Positions 1 through 9,298 of a DNA stretch of 64,000 nucleotides are shown here, piece by piece. A program made the position numbers and the translations under genes. This DNA is from an uncultured archaeon. GTDB lineage: Archaea > Asgardarchaeota > Hermodarchaeia > Hermodarchaeales > Hermodarchaeaceae. The first letter of the stretch is position 1. Every line of letters starts with the position of its first letter. Below the pieces are notes generated by a model. The model did not search any database and was not told the DNA's origin. It was given only the letters and a program-made list of their open reading frames with translations. The DNA is taken from contig CAYFXC010000011.1 in NCBI GenBank assembly GCA_964347045.1, positions 1 through 64,000 of the forward strand, written 5' to 3'.

Positions 1-223
1 TCTTAGACCTGTACTTCTATCGCAGGTTCAAGGTCTTGATTGCATCCGATTAAGAGCTTCAGAAAAATCTTGATGTTTAATCATCAACTTCTGCAAGATC
101 TTGGTTTTGTTAGGGTGCAGAGAATTCGATTTCATAGATTAGTTCAGTTGAATGTTTGTGAAAATGAAATTTAAGATTGAAATCTGATACTCCTGATGGA
201 TTAACTTACATTAGTGATATCGA

Positions 224-703
224 ATGCTCCATTCAAATAGTGAAGGGTGGGAACAGAACCGAAAACCCATTCTCACCGTGCTTGTTATCTGGGTCTTATC
301 CAGTCCCCTTTTCACAGTTTTACTGCTTTTCGTACCGCCTGACTTGTTTCTCATTTATGTTGATGGATGGATTGTGATTCAATTCCTCTTTGTGCTCGCT
401 TTGACCATTCTTGGTGGATGGCGAATTGCGCTTGGGGCTTCTATTCTTCTCCTTTTCAAGTTGTTACTTCCAGTCACACTTTTAGCATTATTTCTCCCTT
501 TACCCAATCCTTTGACCGTTGTGTTCCTCTTTACGTCTGGTGTCCTCGTTGGGATAATGATTCTCAGTAGTATTAGCTGGAAACTAGCCTACCGCTTCAG
601 TGATCCACACCTCATTCAAGGTGGAGCAGTCGTTGGGATTTTGGGAGGTACGATTTGGTTAATCGTCCTTATTATCCTGTGGTTCTACTTGAATACGCTT
701 TAG
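224..703 (+). CDS. hypothetical integral membrane protein (~5 TM)
   Basis: 159-aa ORF, almost entirely hydrophobic helices; no family recognised. Confidence 0.6.
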   Translation: MLHSNSEGWEQNRKPILTVLVIWVLSSPLFTVLLLFVPPDLFLIYVDGWIVIQFLFVLALTILGGWRIALGASILLLFKLLLPVTLLALFLPLPNPLTVVFLFTSGVLVGIMILSSISWKLAYRFSDPHLIQGGAVVGILGGTIWLIVLIILWFYLNTL

Positions 704-712
704 CTTGGTTTT

Positions 713-1108
713 CTAAAAGTCGCCTTTTGTCGGTTCTTCAACGATGACACCCGCGATGAGGGCGAGGAGGCCGGGGAGGGTGCCTAGGAAGAGGATGCCC
801 AGGATACCAATAACGATTAGGCCTATTTTGTGGAGTTCGGGGGTGTGTCGCCAGAGGAGTGCTACAATGGCGACGATGAGGGTGGGGATTGCTGCGATAA
901 GGCTAATGATGGGAACGAAGAGAACGAGTGAGTTGAAGAACCCTGTGAGTAGTGCGAGAGTGGCAGGATCAAGGGTGGGCGCTAGACTTGCCAACAACAT
1001 GGGTAAGAAGAGCCACGAAAAGGCGGCGGAGATGATTTTGCCCACGAATTCGATGACAAAGAAAATGCCTGCAACTAATGTGAGGGTTTGAGCGGTTTTA
1101 ATACTCAT
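713..1108 (-). CDS. hypothetical membrane protein
   Basis: 131 aa, 3-4 hydrophobic segments, ATG start preceded by GTGAT SD-like motif. Confidence 0.7.
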   Translation of the reverse strand: MSIKTAQTLTLVAGIFFVIEFVGKIISAAFSWLFLPMLLASLAPTLDPATLALLTGFFNSLVLFVPIISLIAAIPTLIVAIVALLWRHTPELHKIGLIVIGILGILFLGTLPGLLALIAGVIVEEPTKGDF

Positions 1109-1368
1109 TTTCTTATATCACTTTTTTTATTATGGTAAGAAGGTTACCTAAGTGGGCTTATTAGTTCAGATTAATAAAGTTAGAGAAATCAACATAGAAT
1201 TATTTCCCTTATCTGGAACACTTTCACATTTCTGAACATTCAACCAATCGAGATTCTATCTTGGCACACTTTTTTCGAAAAAGGGAAAAACACGGTTATT
1301 AATCAAATTTCACCTTATCATCTCTTCTTTAAGAGCAGCTGCCAGGGCTTTCTTTTTCTAGGTTTGTT

Positions 1369-1656
1369 TTAGCGGTTTCGACGGCGAATCGTTAATACTA
1401 AGACCACTGCGACTAGGATCCCCAACAGTGCGGCTTCCCATGGGAAGCCGGGGATGCCTTCGGGTAAGCTTGTTCCTCCTGGTGGGGGTGTTGATGATCC
1501 TGGTAATGGACACCAACAGCGTCCGGGGAAGACCCATTCGCAGGGATAATTACAGACACTAGGTCCAAGCGTTTCGTAACCTATGACAGCGACGATGATT
1601 ATTACTCCAATAGCAATGATGGCGTAGATAATCCGGCGTTTAGTCTTTGGGTGCAT
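1369..1656 (-). CDS. small Cys-rich surface protein with PGF-CTERM-like (archaeosortase-type) sorting signal
   Basis: Basic N-terminus + TM; CNYPC..CWC; Pro/Ser/Thr linker; C-terminal IPGFP + TM helix + RRRNR. Confidence 0.7.
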   Translation of the reverse strand: MHPKTKRRIIYAIIAIGVIIIVAVIGYETLGPSVCNYPCEWVFPGRCWCPLPGSSTPPPGGTSLPEGIPGFPWEAALLGILVAVVLVLTIRRRNR

Positions 1657-1793
1657 ACTCTTGCAACCCTCCAGGCATTAGCTTGGGTATTTGTTGTATT
1701 TAATTGCGAATGATTTCTTCGATGTGTTGGAAACATGGGGGTAGTCTCTGAGCTTAAAAATGATGGACGATAAGAAATAGTGGGATTAGATCT

Positions 1794-2429
1794 TTGGCAA
1801 TACCAAATATTGACCAGTTAATTCAAGACTGGAGACAAGGGAAACAACGAGGGCTAAGCAAGAGTACGTTTGCTACAAATCGGAAGGGCTATCAACAGTT
1901 TGTTGCACGGGTCGCTGGAGAGTACCTGCCACGAATTCGGGAGTTTATCACTGAAGAGCACGTTTCCCGAAAAACGGTTCTCAAGGCGTGGAAGCAGCTT
2001 GTGGCTGGCCTTGAAGAGGATATGCGGATGTTGGATGCCTTTGACCCATCGGATAATACACAGTTCTTTGCAGCAATCGTCATTGCAAAAGGAGCATTAC
2101 GTGATAAAGCAGCTCGAAAAGCCTTTGAACAATCGAAAATAGAGCCCGTTGATACTTTCGGGAACCCCGAATTCATCAGTGGGATGGCAGCGACATTAGA
2201 TACAATCATTGATCAGACATATCACGCGCTGCGGGGCATAACACGAAGGGAGTATCATCGATCATTAGTAAGAAGAGCCTCCCAACGCCTCCATAATGCG
2301 TTAACAAAAGGAACGGTCAAAGACTTTGTTGAAGTTCAATCGCTTCTGCTTCCCTCGTTAACAGTTGTTGAAATGGAATTGGAAAAGTATCTCATTAAAA
2401 AATCGAAACTAAGTGACCGAGTGGGCTAG
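1794..2429 (+). CDS. hypothetical helical protein
   Basis: 211-aa ORF, TTG start, natural composition; 4-nt tail overlap with convergent gene. Confidence 0.65.
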   Translation: MAIPNIDQLIQDWRQGKQRGLSKSTFATNRKGYQQFVARVAGEYLPRIREFITEEHVSRKTVLKAWKQLVAGLEEDMRMLDAFDPSDNTQFFAAIVIAKGALRDKAARKAFEQSKIEPVDTFGNPEFISGMAATLDTIIDQTYHALRGITRREYHRSLVRRASQRLHNALTKGTVKDFVEVQSLLLPSLTVVEMELEKYLIKKSKLSDRVG

Positions 2430-3202
2430 TAGTCCCAGTCTTGTTTGATCCAGTAATAGGGTTCGTAGGTTTTTGGGTCGAGTTCGGCGACGATTTGTCC
2501 AGGTTGAGTCCAAATTTCGACGTTGGCAGCATAGCCGGCGAGGATAACCTCTTTGACGGGGATTTCATGGAGAGGGTCATGAGCTGATTCGCCGAAGGTG
2601 AGGCGTCCGATACCGATTTCAGGGGTGCCCCAGCGAAAGTCGTTTTCGATTCGAATGAGTAGTGGCAAGGATTCAAAACCTTCACCAGTGATGCTGCGGA
2701 AGGCTTTGATGACATAGCTAGCAGTAGAGGGGAGTTCCTGTTTGATGGGTCCTTCGAGTTGGACAGTAAGAGTGATAAGACGTTTACCACGTCGAATACA
2801 GTTACCAGTGACGTAGTTGCCGCGCTCTTCGATGGCGATGAATTCTGCGATTTTTTTGGGGTAGCCTTGATTTTCTCTGCCCATCCACAGCGGCGCATCA
2901 AGGGTGACAGGCATTGAGATGCAATAGTTACCAACTTCTCCTTCATATTGAGCAGTGAGGAATACGGCGGCTTCATTGTAGGGGCGACTAAAGTTAGATT
3001 TTCCGAACTCCGCCACATACACCGTTCCGGTGGGTAAAGGTCCTGGTTCAAGGGGGGGAGGTAAAACACGTTTAATGATGTTTGGATCGGTTAGGAAGGT
3101 GGCAAAGGCGATTTTCGTTTCACCGACTATGGATCCCTTGGAGAAGTGTTTTTTCAGTTGCTGAAGTTCCTCTGAGGTTCGGACAAGTCCCATTATTCTC
3201 AC
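2426..3202 (-). CDS. acetoacetate decarboxylase family protein
   Basis: LPPPLEP, PYNEAAV, GRENQGYPKK (Schiff-base Lys motif GRE..G.PKK). Confidence 0.9.
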   Translation of the reverse strand: MRIMGLVRTSEELQQLKKHFSKGSIVGETKIAFATFLTDPNIIKRVLPPPLEPGPLPTGTVYVAEFGKSNFSRPYNEAAVFLTAQYEGEVGNYCISMPVTLDAPLWMGRENQGYPKKIAEFIAIEERGNYVTGNCIRRGKRLITLTVQLEGPIKQELPSTASYVIKAFRSITGEGFESLPLLIRIENDFRWGTPEIGIGRLTFGESAHDPLHEIPVKEVILAGYAANVEIWTQPGQIVAELDPKTYEPYYWIKQDWDY

Positions 3203-3275
3203 CTATCCTTTATTCATTGTTGGGGTGATAAAAAAAGACTGTCTCAAATTGCTCAAAATGAAAAGATAACCTCGG

Positions 3276-3557
3276 CTACCAGTCTTTCTTGCGAATTCGT
3301 TTATCGTGTAGAATTGCCCAGATGTAGCTTTGTCCTCGAACGAGTCCTGCAAGTTCTCCGGGTCTTTCGAGGGGAACATGACGATAGGCGGACATGATAT
3401 CTTTTCGAGTGAGATAGTACCTCGATCGGTTTGTAATGAGGTTATTTTCTTGAACCGTATATGTGAATTTCAATTTCTTCTTGGTGTAAAAAACCTTCCT
3501 AGCGTTTTTGATGATGCGTTCCCACACTTCTGAGAATGGTATCATTAATCGGTTCAC
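3276..3557 (-). CDS. small basic conserved hypothetical protein
   Basis: W.RI...F.T...FTY...RG.SYIWAILHD.RI pattern; real start possibly the internal ATG (MIPFSEVW). Confidence 0.7.
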   Translation of the reverse strand: MNRLMIPFSEVWERIIKNARKVFYTKKKLKFTYTVQENNLITNRSRYYLTRKDIMSAYRHVPLERPGELAGLVRGQSYIWAILHDKRIRKKDW

Positions 3558-3708
3558 TCCAAGCTAAACTTCATCCATGGCTTCAATATTTATCTTCTTT
3601 TCGCACTCCAAAGTCGATACACCTCTTAATATCTACAGTTAGCCGAAACCGATACACACTAATTTATGACAACCGGTATATCCCTCCTTTTATCGGATGT
3701 GAATTGTA

Positions 3709-4080
3709 ATGCCACGAGTTATCGATTTTGAAATTCCGGCTGATGATATAGAGCGGATAGCAACGTTCTATCAAACGGTCTTTGGTTGGAAGATAGAGAA
3801 ATGGAAGGGGCCGGTCGATCACTGGTTCTTAATCACCGGTGAGGACAAAGAGCCCGGGATTAATGGTTCATTCGCTAAACGGGAAGAGTTTCCCGAAAGC
3901 ACCACCGTCAATGTAATTGGTGTCGATGATATCGAAAAATACGTAAAGCTAGTCAAAGCAAATAAGGGCACCATTATCGGCAATAAAATTACTATTCCCG
4001 GCGTCGGATACTATGTGTATTTCAAGGATACTGAAGGTAACCTCATGGGTATGATGCAATATGATTCGACTGCAAAATAA
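3709..4080 (+). CDS. VOC family (glyoxalase/bleomycin resistance) protein
   Basis: FEIPADDIERIATFYQTVFGW, GINGSF, IPGVGY.VYFKDTEGN. Confidence 0.92.
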   Translation: MPRVIDFEIPADDIERIATFYQTVFGWKIEKWKGPVDHWFLITGEDKEPGINGSFAKREEFPESTTVNVIGVDDIEKYVKLVKANKGTIIGNKITIPGVGYYVYFKDTEGNLMGMMQYDSTAK

Positions 4081-4091
4081 CCGTAGGCGTC

Positions 4092-4679
4092 ATGGGATGT
4101 GTGATGGATCCGTTATTGTTAGAGCTTCCTGAGAGTCTGGACACCGACAGGCTTCTTGTGCGAAAATACCGGGCTGGCGACGGAGAAGCGCTCTATGCGC
4201 TATTAGAACGGAATAATAATCGAGAGTTTCTCTACCCGAATGTTGAAGAAGTTGCTACCATTAAGAACGTCGACGCAGCAGAATTAAAGGTGCGCCGGCA
4301 TGCTGCAGAATGGGTAGCCCGAAAACGCTTTGTCATGGGCATTTGGATGAAGAAGGACAGTCTCTTTGTAGGTGAGATTTGGATTGAACCTAACCAATGG
4401 GACGTGCCTTCATTTGAACTGGGCTGGTTTCTCGATAAAGGTGTCCAAGGAAAAGGTGTTGCTACCGAAGCTGCAAGACGTTCTTTAGCATTTCTTTTCA
4501 CCGATCTTCATGCGCATAAAGTCATCGTAGTTACACGAGACACAAATCATCGAAGTATAAAATTAGCCGAACGGTTGGGATTCAAACGCGAAGGTCATTT
4601 TCGTGAAGCTCGTATCGAGAATGACGAACGGTACGGGCTTATCTATTTTGCTTTTTTTGCCACAGAATTTTCTGATTAG
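4092..4679 (+). CDS. GNAT N-acetyltransferase, RimJ/RimL family
   Basis: TDRLLVR, ELGWFL..QGKGVATEA (acetyl-CoA motif), N.RSIKLAERLGF.REG. Confidence 0.9.
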   Translation: MGCVMDPLLLELPESLDTDRLLVRKYRAGDGEALYALLERNNNREFLYPNVEEVATIKNVDAAELKVRRHAAEWVARKRFVMGIWMKKDSLFVGEIWIEPNQWDVPSFELGWFLDKGVQGKGVATEAARRSLAFLFTDLHAHKVIVVTRDTNHRSIKLAERLGFKREGHFREARIENDERYGLIYFAFFATEFSD

Positions 4680-4842
4680 AACCGCATCTGATTAATCGTT
4701 GTTTTCTGAATCAAACAGTTCGAAAAAGATGTGTTCTTCAAATAGTTTCTCACGTTTTTCTTCTTAGCCGGTATCCAAGAGAATAAATTGCACTTTCTAC
4801 GTTTCAAGTAGTATACGCGTTCCTTATGGATGGTAAATTCAG

Positions 4843-5805
4843 ATGTCATTTCGACCTCTATGGTATATGAGGAAAGGCCGTACACTGCTATGCCTTATTC
4901 TCATGATTATGCTTGCCCCTCCTGTCTTACTTTTGGAACCCAAAGATACCGCAACTAAAGCTACATCCAATTTAACAAATGCTCGAGTCGCCATCTACCA
5001 TTGCCAACGATTAGATAATTTCAGTTTCATTGCCTGCATCCATCTGTTTGAATGGATGAACGCTTCTGTGGAATTAGTTACTGGGATAGAAATTCAACAT
5101 GGTGTGTTACAATTCTTTGATTTGTTGGTATTACCTGCATTCGGACCTAGTTCTTATGAAAGAGAATTAACTCCTGTGGGTAAAGAACGAATCCGACAAT
5201 TCCTAGCAGCTGGTGGATCACTTTTCACTGTTTGTCGCGGTACCGAGTTTGCCATAATTAGCCTTGGGATACTTGATGCCACGTTACACTATTTCGGTCC
5301 TGCCGGAGTTCAATGTCATGATACGCATAATGGTGAGCTCGCAGTGACTGAAATGAGGGTTAACCGTGCGTCTATAGGACCGGATCTATCCCAAGAACCT
5401 GAATCTTATATGGTCTTCACAACCGGGGCTTCTTATTTTGAATTCCATGATGAAACAGAAATCATCCCCATCCTTTCCTATGCAGATACTGGCTTGCACG
5501 GTGTAATTGCCTTCCAATACGGACAAGGCACAGTCTTGCTTTCTAGCCCTCATCCCGAATTTGAAGAAGGAGATATTCGGGATGGTTTGAGTCAAGATCA
5601 CGTAGCTCATTGGCCAACTTATCAAAATCTTCAGGATCCTGATTCAGAGTGGTCTTTACTAGCTAAAGTGACCAGTTGGCTTCTAGAAGCCTCTCCGGGG
5701 CTTCCATATGGGTTCTACTCAGGCGTCCTAATATCAATCGGGAGTGTGTTTGTGGTCGTCGTTTTTGCTATCCTCATCTTTGAAATTCGAAAACGGCGTG
5801 GGTGA
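4843..5805 (+). CDS. membrane-anchored BPL-N (class I glutamine amidotransferase-like) domain protein
   Basis: Signal peptide; DLLVLP; IRQFLAAGGSLFTVCRG (nucleophile-elbow Cys); GQGTVLLSSPHPE; C-terminal TM + RKRRG. Confidence 0.8.
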   Translation: MSFRPLWYMRKGRTLLCLILMIMLAPPVLLLEPKDTATKATSNLTNARVAIYHCQRLDNFSFIACIHLFEWMNASVELVTGIEIQHGVLQFFDLLVLPAFGPSSYERELTPVGKERIRQFLAAGGSLFTVCRGTEFAIISLGILDATLHYFGPAGVQCHDTHNGELAVTEMRVNRASIGPDLSQEPESYMVFTTGASYFEFHDETEIIPILSYADTGLHGVIAFQYGQGTVLLSSPHPEFEEGDIRDGLSQDHVAHWPTYQNLQDPDSEWSLLAKVTSWLLEASPGLPYGFYSGVLISIGSVFVVVVFAILIFEIRKRRG

Positions 5806-5882
5806 TAAGTTAGGATGCGGGGTCTCTCGAATACAAAAACGGGTTTTACATTCCAAATATTTACTTCTGAGTTGATTTCAAA

Positions 5883-7049
5883 GTGGTAGATCATCGAAGG
5901 TGGTTCTTTGCACTGTTTTTGCTGCACCTTTTCCTCTTCGCCTTTAACCTAGAAATTAGTTCCCAACAAAACGCCATACCAGTTCGCGATTACTGGCCAA
6001 CAGCAGGATGGCGCGGGGTTCAGCCTGAAGTACAGGGAATGAATTCAACTTTATTAGAGGAATTTTGGAATCTAATTCGCACAACCGGCGGCGTTGAGGG
6101 GTTTCTTGTAATCCGTAATGGATACCTGCTTTTTGAAGGATATGGTCCGGCTTCAAGTGTGAATCATCTTTGGCGGATCTATTCAGCTACAAAAAGTGTG
6201 ACAGCTATGGCCTTCGGTCTCGCTCTAACAGATGGATATGTTTCAAACGTTAACGATTCGGTTCTTGATTACTTTCCGAATCGAATCATTCAGAACCTAG
6301 ATCCCCGGAAATCCAACATGACGCTGTGGCATTTACTTACCATGTCCTCAGGTTTAGAACGCAGCGATTTTGGTTTGGGCTCACAACCAGACTGGGTGCA
6401 ATACCTTCTGAATTCACCCATGTCTAATGAACCTGGTGAGTTCTGGAACTATAATGGAGGGTGCAGTCATCTCCTTTCTGCAGTTATTTCTGAAACTATG
6501 GGTATCTCAATGGAAATCCTTGCTCGAAATCGACTTTTTACTCCTATGGGGATTTCAATGTATGAATGGGGTGCCGATCCTCAAGGTGTTAGTACTGGAA
6601 TGGCAGGTCTTAGCCTGACATTACGAGATCTAGCAAAACTTGGGTACCTGTATTTGAATAATGGGACTTGGAATACATTAGAACTCATACCGGCTGAATG
6701 GGTCGCCGAATGTACATACCCACACTTCGTTTTTCCATATGGCGAAGGATATGGTTATCAATGGTGGGTGGATATTCCTATCAACGGTTATTCGATGCGG
6801 GGTGCAGGGGGTATTCGAGTCTTTGTGCTTCCAGACCAAGATCTAGTTCTTGCCTTTGGTGCTGCTCCCTACAGTTCTCAAGAATACTATACTTATTTCG
6901 AGGAATATCTCTTTCCAGCTATTATTGGTGAAATCTCCAGTCTTCCTACTCCGACAAGGGAACAGCTTCTCTCATTCTTAATCGGAGGGTTGGTTGTTGC
7001 CGGTTTAGTTATTATTGGGGCTCTTTTCTGGAAACGAAAAACCCGATAA
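5883..7049 (+). CDS. membrane-anchored serine hydrolase (beta-lactamase/AmpC family)
   Basis: SxxK (YSATKS), LLTMSSG, PGEFWNYN (catalytic Tyr), YGYQWW; signal peptide and C-terminal TM + KRKTR. Confidence 0.9.
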   Translation: MVDHRRWFFALFLLHLFLFAFNLEISSQQNAIPVRDYWPTAGWRGVQPEVQGMNSTLLEEFWNLIRTTGGVEGFLVIRNGYLLFEGYGPASSVNHLWRIYSATKSVTAMAFGLALTDGYVSNVNDSVLDYFPNRIIQNLDPRKSNMTLWHLLTMSSGLERSDFGLGSQPDWVQYLLNSPMSNEPGEFWNYNGGCSHLLSAVISETMGISMEILARNRLFTPMGISMYEWGADPQGVSTGMAGLSLTLRDLAKLGYLYLNNGTWNTLELIPAEWVAECTYPHFVFPYGEGYGYQWWVDIPINGYSMRGAGGIRVFVLPDQDLVLAFGAAPYSSQEYYTYFEEYLFPAIIGEISSLPTPTREQLLSFLIGGLVVAGLVIIGALFWKRKTR

Positions 7050-7201
7050 TTGCTCTTTTCATATGTTCAGTATCTCGGAATGAATTTGTACTACCTTCAC
7101 ACAGGCAAAAACCTTTTTCTGTTGTTTTCCTAAACCTTGATTGAAGCCAAGCGAAAGATTCCGAAAACATTGTTTCTGTCTAGGTAAGAAGGTGACTTAT
7201 T

Positions 7202-8218
7202 ATTCCTCGAGGACTTGTCCTTAGTCAATGGGACACGAAAGAAGGACTCAAGATATTATCCAAATATCCAGCTACTTTGGACTTTGAAATAAGTGACTTA
7301 TCCCTCATGTACTATGGGTCTGCACCTGAAGGTAATGGGACATCTTTCCAAGTGTTTCCCTCAATCGAGGTGAAGGAACGCGCTGCTGTTGCCTGTACCC
7401 GCACGCCACTTAAAAGCACCGAAGACGATATCTGTATCACTGTTTTACTGACTGCTGAGGAAGAAGGCGCTGCATATGAGGAAATTCTAAACAAAACGTT
7501 GCAGCGTATCGTAAAAACGAGTGGAAACCCTGCGAACAGAAGACGTAGGTACCGGCAAATTCTATCCGATAGTTATCGAAAAATTGAACGTCGTGGGGGA
7601 TCTCGCGATCAATCTCTTTGTCCCTACATGTATGAAAGACCCATCAAAGACAATAAGTTGACGTCATTTTGTCGGGTTGTAAAGAAACAATGCTATCTAA
7701 CCATCTACGAGATGCCGGGATACCCACAATGTCCCCGCTATATTCGTCGACAACGCCAAATTCAATTGTCTAATGCACGACAACTTGTCCGAGCCGGAAT
7801 TCGTCGCATCCTCGAGGATTATGATCATGAACGACAAAAGTTCAAAGACAAAAAAATAGGGAATTGGGGCGAACCGGTTCACGCAATTCTTGATCGTTTG
7901 TTCTCAATTCTGGAAGTAGAAGCAGAAACCGAAGACTATGCTCACAACGTTGTTGAATATGTAGGTAAAAAGGGGTTATTTCAAGGACATCCTAGACCTA
8001 TCATTGCTGCTTCCATTGCCTATTACAGTGCGAAACAGATTGGAGATTCAATACCCGAAAATGATATAATCGAACTTGTAGGTTGTTCACGTACCTCCCT
8101 GCGTCGCAATTATCGGGAACTTCGTACTCTCCTAAGTTCAGATGAGAAGAAACTCCCCAAACACAAACGAAAGCGACGCATGACGTCTCAAGAAAAAGCA
8201 ATTACTCGTACCGAATAA
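7202..8218 (+). CDS. uDENN/longin-like domain + Cys4 motif + TFIIB cyclin-repeat fusion protein (proposed ATT start)
   Basis: Frame is open upstream of track start 7277 to TGA 7193-7195; ATT 7202 gives IPRGLVLSQWDTKEGLKILSKYP, colinear with MPKGLSVCRWDDKVGLRVVGVYP of the 9299 gene; SD GGTGA 7191-7195; C-terminal KGLFQGHPRPIIAASIAYYSAK..IPENDIIELVGCSRTSLRRNYREL matches the TFB second repeat. Confidence 0.8.
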   Translation: MPRGLVLSQWDTKEGLKILSKYPATLDFEISDLSLMYYGSAPEGNGTSFQVFPSIEVKERAAVACTRTPLKSTEDDICITVLLTAEEEGAAYEEILNKTLQRIVKTSGNPANRRRRYRQILSDSYRKIERRGGSRDQSLCPYMYERPIKDNKLTSFCRVVKKQCYLTIYEMPGYPQCPRYIRRQRQIQLSNARQLVRAGIRRILEDYDHERQKFKDKKIGNWGEPVHAILDRLFSILEVEAETEDYAHNVVEYVGKKGLFQGHPRPIIAASIAYYSAKQIGDSIPENDIIELVGCSRTSLRRNYRELRTLLSSDEKKLPKHKRKRRMTSQEKAITRTE

Positions 8219-8239
8219 ATTCCGGGAGAACACTAAAAG

Positions 8240-9109
8240 ATGATTCACAACGTCTTCCTAATGACTCGCGACGGACGCCTGGCATTCCACCGCCAATACT
8301 GGTCAGTTGATATTACCACCGAAGAACGCCAAGAATTTCTAGCCACCTATAAACATTTCGAATCCGAACTTGGCACTCAAGTTGACTTACCAATCCATGT
8401 CAAGAATATAAAATTCATTTACGCCGAAGCGGGCACACACCTCCTCCTCGTCTTCGCCGTCGATATGAGTGACGAAGATGAAAAAATCAAAGAAACTCTG
8501 AAAAAAACCCGTGAATTCCTTATCAACAATTTTGGTCATGAAATTGATGCATACATCCAAAAGCCGGTTCCCCTTGGTGAAGCGTTCAAAGGCTTCGCAA
8601 CCGAACTCGACAATGTCATTGTTACTATGCTTAAAATTTGCCTACTTGGTCAAGGCGGTGTTGGAAAATCTACGATGCTCAAACTTCTTACTGCAGACAG
8701 CATCCCGGGAGATTACTACCCCACTATTGCTGTCGATATTGAAACCCTCCAAGGCGTTCGCTTCGGTCCCTATGAGTTAGCTGTCTGGGACTTTGCTGGT
8801 CAAGATCGATTCCGTTCATTATGGAATTATTATTTACGGAATGCTGATGCAGTGTTACTTGTTACAGATTCAACGCTAAAGAACGTTCTCGAAACCCGAG
8901 ACATCCTTGAGGTTGTTCGCAAGAACTCTCCCTCATCCATTGTCTGGGCGATTGGAAATAAGCAAGATCTTCCTGGCGCGTTAGCGCCCAAACTAGTCCA
9001 ACGAATTCTCGGCGTTCAAGCCTATGGGCTCGTTGCCATTGATCCACGCTACCGCGAAGTTCTCTACAAAATTATTTTAGGGGCTGTGGCTGAAGCCACC
9101 ACCGATTAA
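8240..9109 (+). CDS. longin domain-Arf-like small GTPase fusion
   Basis: N-terminal MIHNVFLMTRDGRLAFHRQY (AP-sigma/longin type); G1 GQGGVGKS, G2 PTI, G3 WDFAGQDRFRSLW, G4 GNKQD. Confidence 0.9.
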   Translation: MIHNVFLMTRDGRLAFHRQYWSVDITTEERQEFLATYKHFESELGTQVDLPIHVKNIKFIYAEAGTHLLLVFAVDMSDEDEKIKETLKKTREFLINNFGHEIDAYIQKPVPLGEAFKGFATELDNVIVTMLKICLLGQGGVGKSTMLKLLTADSIPGDYYPTIAVDIETLQGVRFGPYELAVWDFAGQDRFRSLWNYYLRNADAVLLVTDSTLKNVLETRDILEVVRKNSPSSIVWAIGNKQDLPGALAPKLVQRILGVQAYGLVAIDPRYREVLYKIILGAVAEATTD

Positions 9110-9298
9110 TGATTCATTTAAATTTCTTCATCGAATTTATTGCGAAAAATTGCAGAAAGCTACAACAAGAAGCCTTTCAAGAGGGGAACCGACAAACAAG
9201 TTAAATACGGGAAACTAAATAGTCAAAACGGAGTGCCAATAGGTCACTTTAAGAACGAAAGGTTCAGATACAATTTATTCAAACGGGAGATTGAAAGT

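Noticed and set aside
28-135. Short minus-strand ORF ending MIKHQDFSEALNRMQSRP, faintly like an AAA+ ATPase C-terminal helix
   Set aside because: Only ~35 codons and no upstream ATPase sequence; not supportable
1269-1285. Palindrome CTTTTTTCGAAAAAGG between two minus-strand genes
   Set aside because: Low-complexity A/T arms; could be a terminator or operator but not distinguishable from chance
9140-9298. 53-codon N-terminal extension of the 9140 ORF in the track
   Set aside because: ATG 9299 has an SD and aligns with the paralogue's N-terminus; the extension is probably intergenic
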